From: the human T2T-CHM13v2.0 reference genome, Homo sapiens
Reading direction: 5' to 3' (one strand)
DNA: 64,000 nt
Assembly: GCF_009914755.1 (NCBI RefSeq)
Contig: NC_060937.1
A program made the translations under genes and the position numbers. Shown here piece after piece: positions 1 to 14,946 of this stretch. The notes under the pieces are model-generated. The model was given only the letters and a program-made list of their open reading frames with translations. It did no database searches and was not told the DNA's origin. How positions within the stretch are numbered: position 1 is the stretch's first letter; each line of letters begins with the position of its first letter.

Positions 1-2699
1 TAAAATAGAAACATGGATAAAATGACCAATGAATTTTAAGAACCTCACATAAAGATATAATAGAAAAATAGAAATTCAGAAAATGATATCTTCTACCTCA
101 TTTGATCCTTCATCCCAAGCCATTCAAAATACCAAGTTATGACAACAGACACAATTTTCTTCTATTTATGTATTTTTAATTGGTTTTAAGATATTACAAT
201 TTAGTAGACATTAATAATGAAACAGTCATATTTTTAAATATACTGTATACAATTACAAGAATACAGTGACTATAAAGGTGTGTCAATAATATGAAATAAC
301 AATTGATTCTCTAAATGAAGAAGGCAACTTTTTTTTTAATTCCTTCTAAGATTTGAGGCAAAGACTTAGGCAAAGTGAAAGTCAGGGACATTTGTGTTAG
401 ATGTGGTTTAAATAAAACTTTAGAAATGGATGAGTTTATAGGATTAATGAGAACGTATGTGCCTTGAATCTTTAATCTGCTCCCTGTTACTTCCAACAGA
501 GCTTCAAAGACATAATTTAATCCAAAGAGAGACCATTATCATTCATATTTTACAAATCTTTATGAGCTTAAGGCTATCATTGCTTTCCTCATAATAGTAA
601 TCAGCCATTCAAAATAAAACAATAACCCACTTTGTGCCACTTTGAAAATAAATGTAATACAAATATCTGAATAACATTTTTACATAAAATAGGTTTGGAT
701 TCTACCTAGGTGGTTTTTCATGGTTAGATACAGCTATGAATTAGAGAAACTTTTCCTAAAATATATGGCGAAGCATAAAAAGTAATCTATTCTGAGATTG
801 ACAAGTTACCTAGAATTAAATGGGATTGCAGTTAAAAATAAGCTCTTCTATGTCTCTGCCACTTTAATACTATTTCCATTCCTATGTTCCCCTTTTATAA
901 ATATATATGTGCATGCTGTATATACGACAGGAACTTGACATTTTATAGTAGCAAGAAGACAAAAGCTATATTACCTTCTTACTGTGTTATTTTTTCAATC
1001 TGTTCAGCGATGTTTTATTTTCAGTCATAACTAGAATGTAAGTATGTTTGAGTAAAGATATTACCTTTCTTCTTTTAGGTGCTACTTCTATTTGCCCATG
1101 GCTTGACATTCATCTTTGGATATCATGGAGTCAGTGTAAACCACATTAAAGATGACATTTTGCACTGTCAGACATTTCCACAGGTCTAAGAGTCAAATAT
1201 AAATTTATTTACTATGTTTCTTTTTTTCCTGATGACTTCAGTATATGTATTCCAAGCCTATGCATATAGCTTATTTATAGGCAGACTGTGCAATTTCATT
1301 TACATTCTTATTGAGTTCAGACAGAAAATGCCAGGTATGCACCAAAATATATTTACAGCTCTCTATTTTATTGTCAGTGCAAAGATTTACAAACATATCT
1401 CCTCACAAATATGCACATGCATAACTTCATGCCCTCCATTGCAGGGAAATAAGTTAGGTATTAGTAATGCTTACAGCAGTCCTTGTGCAATATGATTTTC
1501 CCCTCCAGTGTGCTATCATTTTCCTACATGAAAGATATCCAAAAATGAACAAAGCCATTTTCCCAAAGGGATACTGAGTGTAAAAATTATATGCTTCAGC
1601 TCCTTGCATAAGCTTACCCGTATATGGCCTCAGTCCATATTTTAAACCAACAGGTATCTATCCAGCATTTACTTAATGCAAATCTTTATGATATTAAGAA
1701 TTTGTGGTAGTCGGTGGTTGAAAATTAAAAGCAACCTTGTCTTGCCCATAAGTATCACTTAATCCAATTGAAAACTGATATATGAACTATTACATTGATT
1801 ATAGGAAGATATAATTTAAATAATGTAGATTTAAATGGTACTTGGTAAGAGTACAAAAGAATCCAACAATTCATTTTGGCAAAGGAATATCAAACAAGTA
1901 AGACATTAAGTAGTTGACTCTTAATCTTGGCTTTTAGGGACATAGATAGAATTTAAGGATGTAGAGAAGTAGCACAACAGGCCAAGGCTGAAACTTTAAA
2001 AATGGTGGCATTAAGCTGTGTTATGATGTATGCTGATTGTGAAAGTAGCATGGATTGTCAGCAGTGACTATCTGTGAAATACATGAGATTTTTGTGTTAT
2101 AGCAGTGAATAGGCAAATAAGAAAGAATTATATCAGCCTGCATCAAATGTATTTAATGTGAGCAGAAATCTACTTTGGGCTCACCTCACCAAAATATACA
2201 CAGCCACTAACAGGAAGGTAAAATACTAAACACGTAAACTGTGCAAAGCCAAAATATTGAATTCATGCTATAAACACATATACATCACAGATGCACACAC
2301 ACACAAACACACAGCTGTTTTTCCCTGTTCGTCATTTTCCAATTACTAAATTAAATTGTATAGATTCATTATCTCATAGAATCCTCTTTAGAATTCCAGG
2401 TGGTCAATATTTACATTGGCATTTAATTTTCAAGTTATTTCGGGCACAATAAGTTTAGGTAAATTACCCAAAGTGTGTAACAATTGGTAGAATCAAGATT
2501 TATATCCCCATATGAGTTAAGAACCAATATTCTGTTTGCATTAAATCATATCTCCAACATGTCTAAGATTAAAACAAAACAAGAGGTTCTCTGGAATTTA
2601 AACCCAAACAACAGCTCACTGACTTGATTTCATACACTTTTGATTTAGTTTTTCCTTTGCTTCATTTATAGTTAATATGGTAGTCTCTAGAATTAACAT

Positions 2700-2890
2700 G
2701 TCTCTATCTGTACCCTCTACTGGCTATATGAGTTTAGAAAAAACTTTTTAAACTTTGTGGAACATTTTATTCATAAGTAAAACGGGGGATATACCATGTT
2801 GTTGTCCTAGGGTTTCTGTAAGATGTTACTTTTAATGTGCTTAAAATATTTCTTGACATGTAGTAGGTGCTTCAGAAATGTTAGATACAT
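2700..2890 (+). mobile_element. MIR SINE remnant
   Basis: Diverged MIR core ('ttattcataagtaaaacgggggatataccatg') and MIR-like 3' end ('gacatgtagtaggtgcttcagaaatgttag'). Confidence 0.6.
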
Positions 2891-3540
2891 TGTTACAATT
2901 GTTTATTATTATTATTATATAATCTTAGCTTTTATTTTAGATACAGAGGGTACACGTGTAGAATTGTTACATGGGTATATTGGACTCAAGTAGTGAGCAT
3001 AGTGCCCAATAGGTAGTTTTTCAAGCTGTGTCTCCCCTTCCAGCCTATTCACCTCTAGTAGTCCACAGCGTCTACTGTTCTCATGTTTATGCCCACGTTT
3101 ACAGCTCCCACTTATAAGTGAGAATATGCAGTACTTGGTTTTCTGCTCTTGCATGAATTCACTTAGTATTATGGCCTCCAGCAGCATCCATGTTGCTGCA
3201 AAGGGCATTATTCCATTCTTTTTTGTGGCTGCATAGTATTCCATGTTGTGTATGTACAACATTTTCTTTACCCAATCCACGGTTGATGAACCTTAATCAA
3301 TTCCGTGTCTTTGCTAATATAAATAGCACAGTGATGAACATACAAGTGCGTGGGTCTTTTTAGTATAATGATCCATATTCCTTTGGGTATATCCCCAGTA
3401 ATGGAATTGCTGGTTCAAATGGTAGCTCTGTTTTAAGTTCTTTAAGAAATCATCAAACTCCTTTCCACAATGGCTGAACTAATTTACAGTCCTACCAACA
3501 TGATATAAGCATTCTTTTTTCTCCACAGTCTTGTGAGCAA

Positions 3541-3687
3541 TTTTTTTCCTTTTTTTTATTTACTATACTTTAAGTTCTAGGGTACATGTGCACAACGTGC
3601 AGGTTTGTTACATATGTACACATGTGCCATGCTGGTGTGCTGCACCCATTAACTTGTCATTTACATTAGGTATTTCTCCTAATGCTA
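3541..3687 (-). mobile_element. Short 3'-end fragment of a younger L1PA (L1PA4/5-like) inside the older L1
   Basis: T-tail followed by 'tatactttaagttctagggtacatgtgcacaacgtgcaggtttgttacatatg...cctaatgcta'. The host L1 resumes at 'agccattctgactgg'. Confidence 0.85.
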
Positions 3688-6600
3688 AGCCATTCTGACT
3701 GGAGTAGGAGAATTTCTCATCATGGTTTTGATGCGCATTTCTCTGATGATTAGTGATTTGGAGCATTTTTTTTATATGTTTGTTGGCTGCTTGTATGTCT
3801 TCTTTTGAGAAGTGTCGGTTCATGTCTTTTGCCTAGTTTTTAACGGGGTTGTCTTTTTGCTGATTGATTTGTTTAAGATTCTTACAGATTATGAATATTA
3901 GACCTTTCTCAGAGACATAGTTTGTGAATATTTTCTCCAATTATGTAGATTGTCTGTTAACCTGTATATGCTTTCTTTTGCTTTGCAGAAGCTCTTTAGT
4001 TTAATTAAGGCCCGCTTTTCAATTTTTGTTTTTGTTGCAATTGTTTTTGGGGACTTTGTTATAAATTCCTTGCCAAGGTCAGTATAAAGAAGGTTACTTC
4101 CTAGGTTTTCTTCTAGGGTTTTTATCATTTGAAGTCTTACATTTAAATATGTGACCCATCTTGAGTTTATTTTTGCATATGATGAAAGGTAAGGATCTAA
4201 TCTCATTTGTCTGCACATGCTAGCCAGTCATGCCAGCACCATTTATTGAGTAAGGATTTATCTCCCCCTTGCTTTTGTCAACATTGTCAAAGACCCGATG
4301 GTTGTACATGTATGGCTTTGTTTCTGAGTTTTCCATTCTTTTCCATTTATCTATGTGTGTTTTTATACCAGTACCAACTTATTTTGGTTACTGTAGCCAA
4401 ATAGTATAGTTTTAATTCAGGTAGTGGGATGCTTCCAGCTTTGTTCTCGTTGCTTAGGATTGTTTTGGCTATTTGGACTCTTATTCCTTCCATATAAATT
4501 TTTGAATAGTATTTTTTATCTAATTCTGTGAGGAAGGACACTGGTAGTTTGATAAAATAGCAATTAATGTGTAAAGTGCTTTGGGCATTATGGCCATTTT
4601 AATAATATTGATTCTTCCTATCTATGAGCATGGGATATTTTTCCATTTATTTGTATCATCTCTGATTTATTTCAGCAGTGTTTTATAATTCTCCTTATAG
4701 AGATCTTTTACTACCTTGGTTAGATGTATTCTTAAGTATTCCATTTTTTGTGTGGCTATTGTAAATGGGATTGTGCCGTCAATTTGACTCTCAGCCTGTA
4801 TATTATTAGTGCCTAGAAGTGCTGTTGATTTATGTACATTGATTTTATGTCCAGAAAACATGCTTAAATAATTTATCAGTTCTAGCAGCCTTTGGTAGAG
4901 TCTTGGGGTTTCTCTAGGTACAGAATCATATAGTCAGTGACTATATGATTTTTCTTTGACTTTTTTTTTTTTTTACTGTTTAGATCTATTTTATTTCTTT
5001 TTCTTGCCTGATTGCTCTGGCTAGAACTTCTAGTGCTATGTTGAATAGCCTTGTTCTGAGTTCTCAAGGGGAATACTTCCAGCTTTTGCTCATTCAATAA
5101 GATGTTGGCTGTGGGTTTGTCATAGATGACTCTTATTTTGAGGTATGTTCCTTCAATACCTAGTCTGTTGAGGGTTCTTATGATGAAGGGGTGTTGAATT
5201 TTATCAAAAGCTTTTTCTCTGTCTATTGAGATGATCATTTTTTTTGCTTTTAATTCTGTTTATGTGTGATAAATCACATTTATTTATTTGCATATGTTGT
5301 ACCAAGCTTGCGTCCCAGGAATAAAGCCTGTTTGATACTGGTGAATTCACTTTTTGATGTGCTGCTAAATTTAGTTTCTAGTATTTTGATTAGGATTTTT
5401 GCATCTGTGTTCATCAAAAATATTGGCCGAAATTTTCTTTTTTTCACTGTGTTTCTGCCAGGTTTTGGTGGTAGGCTGATGAATTAGAATGAATTACTGA
5501 GGAGTATTTTCTCCTTGATTTTCTGAAATAGTTTCAGTAAGATTTGTACCAGTCCTTCATGGTATATCTGGTAGAATTCTGCTGTGACTCCACTGGGTCC
5601 AGGAATTTATTTGGTTGGTAGGCTTTTTATTACTGATTCAATATCAGAACTTAGTATTAGTCTATGCAGAATTGCAATCTCTTCCTGAGTCAATCTTGGG
5701 AGATTTACGTTTCCAGGAATTTATTAATTTCTTCCAGATTTTATAATGAGTGTGCAGAGAATTTTTCTTAGTATTCCCTGATGGTCTTTTGTATTTCTGT
5801 GGGATAAGTTGTAATTTCATCTTTGTCATTTCTGACTGTACTTATTCGAATCTTCTCTTTTTTGTCTTTCTTATTCCAGCTAGTCATCTATGAAACTTAT
5901 TTATTTTTTTTCAAAGAACCAACTCTTGGTTTCATTGATCTTTTATATGGATTTTCAATCTCAATTGTATTGAGTTACTGTCTAATTTTAGTTATGTCTT
6001 CTCTGCTGTTAGCTTTGAGTTTAGGTTGTTCTTCTTAGGTTCCTGGTTTTTTAGGTGCAAAGTTAGATTGTTAATTTGTGAGTTAATTTATTTGAAGCAA
6101 ATTTGTAACTTCTTAATGAGGTATTTTAGAGCTATAAAATTTCCTCTCAACACTGCTTTGGCTATAACCCAGGGATTTTGGCAAATTGTTCCTATTTTCA
6201 TTAATTTAAAAAATTTTTGATGTTCACCCAGGAGTTATTCAGGAGCAAGTTGTTTAATTTCCATGTCTTTCTGTAGTATGGAGAGATCTTCTTGATATTA
6301 ATTTCTATTTTTATTATACTGTGGTCTGAGAATGTGCTTGATATAATTTTGATTTTTAAAAATTTATTAAGACTTGCTTTATGACCTAGCATGCAATTGA
6401 TTGTAGAATATTTTCCACTTGCAGATAAGAAGAATGCATATTCTGTGGTTGTTGGGTGGATTTTTCTGTAGATGTCTATTAGGCCCAATGGTCAAGTATT
6501 AAGTTTAAGTAGAGAGTTATTGCTAGGTGTCTACCTCAATGATCTATATAACATAGTCAGTGAGGGGTTGATTCCTCCCACTGTTATTGTGTGGTTGTCT

Positions 6601-6750
6601 CAGTCTTTTCACAGGCCAAGAAGAACATTTTTTATGAATCCAGGTGCTCCAATGTTGGGTGCACATATACGTAGGATAGCTAAGGCTTCTAAAGCCTTTG
6701 TTAGATTGTACCCTTTATTATTATGTAATGTGCTTTATTTTGTTTCTTAA

Positions 6751-7047
6751 TTTTTTTTTTTTTTTTGAGATGGAGTCTAGCTCTGTCACCCAGGCTGGAG
6801 TGCAGTGGTGCAATCTCGGCTCACTGCAAGCTCCATCTCCCAGCTTCACATCATTCTCTTGCCTCAGCCTCCTGAGTAGCTGGGACTACAGGCACCTGCC
6901 ACCACACCTGGCTATTTTTTTGTATTTTTAGTAGAGACGGGGTTTCACTGTGTTAGCCAGGATGGTCTCAATCTCCTGACCTCGTGATCTGCCTGCCTCG
7001 GCCGCCCAAAGTGCTGGGATTGCAGGTGTGAGCCACTGTGCCCGGGC
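6751..7047 (-). mobile_element. AluY inserted in L1 ORF2
   Basis: Full dimer with AluY-type 'gcaagctcc' and 'ttagccaggatggtctc..tctcctgacctcgtgatc'. TSD: ttgtttcttaatttt (6740-6754) / ttgcttcttaatttt (7048-7062). Confidence 0.93.
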
Positions 7048-9997
7048 TTGCTTCTTAATTTTATTGGTTAAAATCTGTTTTAGTTGAAATAAGAATAGCT
7101 ACTTCTGTACTTTTTTGTTCCATTTGCATGATAGAACTTTCTCCATTCTTTCACTTTGAGCCTGTGGGTGATGTTACATGTGAGATCGGTCTCTTGAAGA
7201 CAGCAGATGGTTGGGTCTTGTTTTTTTATATATTCAGCCACTCTATATCTTCTAAGTGGGGCATTTAGCCCATTTATATTCAGTGTTAGTATTGATATGT
7301 GTGATTTTGATCCTGTCATCTTGTTGTTAGTTGGTTGTTATGTGGACTTGATTGCCTGTGGGCTAGGTGCTGAAGTGTGTTTTTGTGGTATCAAGTATTT
7401 TTCGTTTGTTTCAATTTTTAGCATTCCTCTTGAAAGGCTTATCTAGATGAAACATATTCCCTCAGCATTTGCTATCTGATAATTTCATTTCTCCTTCACT
7501 TATAAAGCTTAATTCAGAGGGACAGGAAACTCTCAGTTGGGATTTTATTTCTTTAGGGATGCTGAAAATAGGACCCCCAATCCCTTTGGGTTTATAAGTT
7601 TTCTGCTGAGAAGTCTTCTGCTATCTTGATAGGATTCCCTCTGTACATGACGATTTTTGCTAGCTGCCTTGAGGAATGTTTTCTTTTGCATTGATCTTGG
7701 TGAATCTGATGACTATGTGTCCTGGGAATGGTTATTTTGTATAGTATCTAACCAGGGTTCTCTGCATTTCTGGGATTTGCATGTCAATCTCTCTAGCAAG
7801 ATTATGGAAATTTTATTGGATTATATTCTCAAATATATTTTCGAGTTGCTTATTCTCTTTCTCTCTCAGGAATGCCAATGACTCATAGATTTTTTTTTTC
7901 TTTTTAGGTAATTCCAGATTTCTCAGAGCTTTTATTCATTTTTCTTATTTTTTTAACACTTTTGTCTGAATGGGTTGCTTCAAAGAACCAGCCTACAGGC
8001 TCTGAGATTCTTATTTCAGCTTGGCCTACTCTGCTGTTCATGCTTCTGATTGTATTATGAAATGCTTGTAGTGAGTTTTTCAGCTCTAGAAGTACAGTTT
8101 GTTTCTTTATTAAAATGACTATTTCTTTCCATTGTTGGATTATTTTACTGGATTTTTTTGGGCTGGGGGAATTGAGTTTCAACTTTCTCCTTAATCTCCA
8201 TGAATTTCCTTGCCGTCCAGATTCTGAATTCTATGTCTGTCACTTCAGTCATTTCAGACTGATTAAGAGCAATTGCTGGAGAGCTAATGGAGTTGTTTGG
8301 AGGTAAGGGGTCATTCTGGCTTTTTGGACTTTTAGAGTTTCTTATTCTTTTTCATCTGGGAGAGTTGTTGTTTCTTTAACTGTGAGTATAATTTGAGTAT
8401 AATTAGTTGGTTTTATTTATGGATGCTTTCAGAGGGCCAGGACTTTGCATGGGATCTTTATGTGTGGATGAAGTCTTGTGCTTGGTTTCACAAGTGTGTA
8501 CATTGGCAGAATAATTTTTGGTGCTGTAATTTGGGCTGTGATTCAATAGATGGTGCTGAAGAGTAGTGGCTAGTAGCTAAGTTAATACCCAGGCTTGTGG
8601 CTGTTTCATACTTTGGGGGAGATGGCCCCCTCAACAGATCCACTCCTGGGCCTTGAGGGAGCCCCTCTGATCACCAGTGCTGCACCCACTTTTTTTTGTT
8701 AGGTATTACAGGATTCGGGATCCCCTTTGGGCAGGGATATACAGCACTTTCTTTGGACCAGCCCTGTGGAGAGAAGCATGCTCCACTCCTTCCCCAGCCT
8801 AGGAACCCATGTGTCTCATCACTCTCAGTACACTGTGTGAGGACTCCTCCCCCATTCAAGTGCCAGTCACAGATCTTGGCTCCATACTCCCGAGCTGCCT
8901 GCCACAGGTCTGGAGGCACCAGGACATCTTGTGGCTCAGGTTCAGTTTCTGGCTGTGCTGGGAGGTCTGATGTGTGCCTGGGTTCCCAGGGAAGTACATA
9001 TGTGAATCAACTGACTGAGGCTTGGCTGCCTGCAGGGGCTGCAGCTGTGCAACCCACTCCTGCAGGGCAGGTAGGCATCGCTCCTGGGAATGGCTGGCAG
9101 GCAGGAGGTCTTGCAAGGCAGTCATGCCCAAGTCCCATGGGGAAGCTTGCCCTGCTCTCTCTGGGCTCAGAGGTCAGCTGGGGCCCACACCTCCCAGAGG
9201 AGGATGGGTAAACCTGGGGGACGGGCATCTATGGCCACTGTCCACTGGAGCTGCCCTTTGCACAAAAGCTCCGCGGCTCTGTGCCATCCAAAGGCCTATC
9301 TCTGCCTGCTCCATGGGAGATCTTCCTAACAACTCACACATCAACAGGTGACACAGGGTCCCCTGTTGCTAAAATCTCAGAAGTCTATTGTGAGAATGAG
9401 ATGTCCCTCAGTTAACTCACTCACCCCTTTCCCAGGAGCTGTCAGGGGCTGGGAGCTAGCCCTGGCATATGGGTAATCCATGCAGGGCTTCTTCCTCTTT
9501 AGCCTGGGCTTCAGCATTGCCTCTTCATCTGCTCTCAGTTTTCTATATGAAGATCTGCCCAAATTATGGTGGTTTAAACCATAATTTGGTCTCTTTCCAT
9601 GGGAGCGGCACATCCTGACTGCATCTACTTGGCAATCTTTTCCCTTTTTTGCCTATTATTATTATTGAAAAGTATTAACTTAAATTTAAATATGTTAATA
9701 TATTTCTTGATCAGGTGACATTTTGTAAATATAATTAGGCTTATATAAAAAATGGTAAAATAATACTGAAAAAGCTGATCTGGAAAGTTTATGAAGCATC
9801 TCTTATTCTTTTTTCTGAGAAATTATTATTAATGATAAAACATATAGACATCACAAATGGATACCCATAAGCACTAGCTCCCCTCTAATTTTTGAAGGAC
9901 AGACCAAATTTCTCTTAGGAAAGGTACACTGATGTAACATTCTCATCTGTAAACTTACACAATTCTAGCCAGTCTTCTAAACATCAAACTATCTCTA

Positions 9998-11477
<1,480 letters not shown>

Positions 11478-11574
11478 AATAATTTTCTCTAATGTCACTG
11501 TGATGACCCAATTTCCATCACAGAAATCTACAGTGACTTAGTATTTTTTGAGATGGTGGGCATTTGATCTCTAA

Positions 11575-11790
11575 TTTAACTCTCATTTTACAGATGTAAG
11601 TCTTGGAGACTCAGAGAAGTTGCAAATTTCATTTATTCTGTCATTCAAAATTCCCTATTTTATCTACTGGGTAGCAGGTGCTGTGAGAGACAATTGAGAT
11701 ATAAATATTAAAAAAAGTTACTACTAGTCCCCTGATCACATTTTATTGGAGGACACAGATTGTAAATGAATGCATAACGTAAAGAGTATG
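11575..11790 (-). mobile_element. MIR fragment plus L2 3'-end remnant
   Basis: 'ctcattttacagatg...gagactcagagaagtt' resembles the MIR core, then 'tcattcaaaa...tctactgggtagcaggtgctgtg...gagatataaat' resembles an L2 end. Confidence 0.5.
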
Positions 11791-11954
11791 TATGATCCAT
11801 TGTTTAATAGAATATACTTTTAGTCAGCCAAGTTGAATTTTACGCTTAGTTTACAACTCAGTGCTTCTGATCTTAGAAAATTTCATATTTCTGGGTGTAA
11901 AATTTTCAAAATATTTTTAGTTGGCAATTTTGTTATTTTTAATTTTTTGCTAAT

Positions 11955-12225
11955 TTATTCGTTTTTAAATTGACATGTAAAACTATATGTATTTATCATG
12001 CCTAACATATTGTTTTGAAGCATATATACATTAAAGAAAAAATAGTTAACTCTAGCCAATTACCAAATGCATTACCTCACATAGTTATCATTTTTGGGAT
12101 GAGAACACTTAATATCCAATCCTTTAGCATTTTTCAAGAATACAATATATTGTCACTGACTAGAGTCACCATGCTGTACAATAGATCTCTTGAACTTATT
12201 CCTCCTATCTATTTATAACTATGTA
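11955..12225 (-). mobile_element. L1MA (MA6-8-like) 3' end
   Basis: 'tgcattacctcacatagttatcattttt...gtcaccatgctgtacaatagatctcttgaacttattcctcc' is typical of L1MA 3'UTRs. Confidence 0.8.
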
Positions 12226-12459
12226 AGATTAGTGTTTACAATGTATATAGATTACACATAAAAGTACCAGGAAATATTAAGTCTTTCCCACCTTTTATTT
12301 GTAGGATTCCTAATAGATCTAATATCGATCAATAGTGGAAGAATATTCAGCTGTACCGAGGAAAATGCAAGTAACTTCTCCAGTTAGAAAATGGAACACT
12401 GTCTGCCTTGTGAGTAAAAAAGTGTTGAATTTCACTCGAGAAAAAAAGAGACAGAGCGG

Positions 12460-13190
12460 GGATGAGACATTTAGAACGGCAGAGTGAGAACTTCCAGCGG
12501 TACATTGATAAAACCAACAAAAATATTGGCAACAAACTGTCAAAGTCAAGATTTTTGGAATTCTGGAAATTAACCAAAGTACTGAAACAACAAGAAGAAT
12601 GTTTCTTTGAGAAAATCTGAGAACTTTAACAAGAACATCAGGACAGGATTAATAGTCATATAACTTGACCTACTCCATTGCTTTCTTCCTACCTCTGCAG
12701 TGGCCTTGAAAACTGGCAAAGTCACAATCACAGTAACTCAGAAAACAGCCTTTTAGCTACAGCTAAGGGCAAACCATATTTGGAGTTTTTCAAAAAGTCC
12801 CAAAGCTAGAGCTGGTTCACTCTTTGACTTGCCTGTTACCTACCTAGAGAAGCACTGGTTGCAGGATGTTGTCATTATTTGATCTAACTCAGAGCTCACA
12901 TCAAGAGAGAAGCCCTGTCTCTAGGGCATTTTTTGAAAACAATCAATGAAAACTCTTTTCACATAACAGTTCCCTAAAGTTCTGACATATATTGGGTCAA
13001 AAAAGGAGATGGACAAAACTTAAAAAGGAAAATCTGGGAAAAGAGATATCCACATGGATATTTGAAAAGCTGTAGAAGACCTTGTAAGGGCAAAGGTGTG
13101 TTCACGCCCCAAAATAACAGAAATAGCCACAGACTCTCACCTCTGGCTGTTTTTGAGCCAATTTAAAATCCTAGGATATGAATGAACTAT
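12460..13190 (+). mobile_element. Ancient L1M (L1MC/MD-type) 5'-end remnant
   Basis: 'ggcagagtgagaacttcc...aactgtcaaagtcaagatttttggaattctggaaattaaccaaag' resembles L1M 5' consensus sequences. Confidence 0.55.
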
Positions 13191-13353
13191 GCTCACTTGG
13201 AATGACTAGTAAAGCTGAATCCAAGATTCACAGATCTTCTCACATGTAACATAGGTTTTCAGTAACCTTGTGTTCTGGGGACATAATTTTTCCTGGTATA
13301 GCCTCTCTAGGGACAAAGCATTATTTTTTGTATTTTTTTAAGTTTTGAGAGTG

Positions 13354-13356
<3 letters not shown>

Positions 13357-13388
<32 letters not shown>
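13357..13388. repeat. (GT)16 microsatellite
   Basis: Read directly from the sequence. Confidence 0.95.
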
Positions 13389-13391
<3 letters not shown>

Positions 13392-14544
13392 AAAGTAGTC
13401 AGAGTAAGTATTGTATAAATCTTATGTATGCCTTTTATTTATTTGGGTCTTTAAATGTGAATACACAAGAAAAGCAAACTCTCTTTTTGAGGTCCAGAGG
13501 ACATTATTTACATTCTAGTGTGAGACAACATATTCTATACTTGTCAAAAGAAATCCCACTTTATAATTTAAGACTATGAGAGAGGCCTATGAAAATAGAA
13601 GCCATAATGTAGCAAAAGGTGATAATCTTTTCCCCATGTACTTACGGTTTAAGCCAAATACAATATGAGAAAAATAGGTGGGGAATGGTAAAACAGATGA
13701 CTTGAACTCTATGCCACAGGCTACCATATGCAAGAACTTCCTTAAAGGAACTCTTCTAACACTATCTCCACACATACTCCCTTCTTCCCTTGGAGATGTG
13801 AGTTATCTGATTGGTGTCTTTGGAAGAAAGAGTTGAACATATTTAGCTCAGCCCCTGCCAATGGTCCTCCACACTTCAGTATATATATGCAAGTTGGCTC
13901 TGTGGCCATAAGAGAGATATGAGGCTTTAGGGTAAGCAGTTGTGTTCAGGGGGACTATAAGCAAACTCACTCCATCACAGGATAAGGCTACATGCTCCAA
14001 ACAGCTTTGTCAGAAACATAAACAATGTATTGATATACATCTGGTTTATTCTTAGATCTCACTCTCAGTTGTTCAAGTCAGTAAAGACAGGGCTATTATT
14101 TACTAATCCCCTAAAATCTCAACAACTCACATAGATATTTATCTACTTGGAAAGAGAAGTTGTTGAAAGAATGAAATAATTATGTTTGGATCCCACTGTA
14201 AAAATTGATGTGCTCACTTATAGGATGCTTTACAGCTCTGGTTTTACAATGTTCGGATTATTAACACTGTAGAGACTGGAGAATATTCTGAAATTTCTCC
14301 TCAGCAAATGTGTACTTCTGCATAAAATTAATGATACAACTTCAGAGCCTCATGGGCTCCAATCTATATGATACTTAGCATTTCTCTGACATTTAAAACT
14401 CAAGTGCTGCTTTATAATTCAATAGAAGGTAAGTCACTGAAAAATTTACATATTAAGCGAGTGTTATAGCTGAGTGAAACTGGCAATATGAAGACCCAAA
14501 AGTAAGCAAATGACTCATTTTCATTATTACTTTACATGTATTAC

Positions 14545-14946
14545 TGTATTAGTCAATTATCATGTTGCTATGAAGAAATACCTGAGACTTGGTGATTTAT
14601 AAAGAAAAGAAGTTTAATTGGCTCACGATTCTGCAGGCTCTACAGGAGGCATAGTGGCTTCTGCTTCTGGCTGGGGGAGCGGGGGTGGGGGGCAGGAAAC
14701 TTCCAGTAATGGTGAAATGCAAAGGAACAGCAGGCTCATCTAAGGGAGCAGATACTACATACTTTTAAACAACCAGGTCTCCTAAGACCCCACCATCACA
14801 AGAATAGCACTGAGGATATGGTGCTAAACCCTTCATGAAGGATCCACCCTCATTGTCCAATCTCTTCCCATCAGGCCCCACTTCCAATATTGAGGATTAC
14901 AATTGAGCATAAAAATTGGGTGGGAACACAGATCCAAACCATATCA
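14545..14946 (-). mobile_element. MST (MSTA/B-like, ERVL-MaLR) solo LTR
   Basis: Termini 'tgtattagtc' ... 'ccaaaccatatca'. 5-bp TSD attac/atttc. Confidence 0.88.

Larger units (their letters stand above)
2917..9648 (-). mobile_element. Near full-length old primate LINE-1 (L1PA15-17-like), disrupted ORF1/ORF2
   Basis: Minus-strand ORF pieces match L1 ORF2p (7080-7319 MTGSKSHISILTLNINGLNAP endonuclease start; 4882-5238 [20 protein letters not shown]; 2915-3280 C-terminus) and ORF1p (7904-8182). GC-richer 5'UTR at about 8400-9645 ends in the reverse complement of 'gggaaaagattgccaagtagatgcag'. Candidate TSD: ttgtttattattattatt (2899-2916) / ttgcctattattattatt (9649-9666). Confidence 0.92.

Noticed and set aside
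8671-9613. Cluster of overlapping 70-170-aa ORFs on both strands
   Set aside because: It lies in the GC-richer L1 5'UTR where stop codons are rarer, and there is no recognisable domain.
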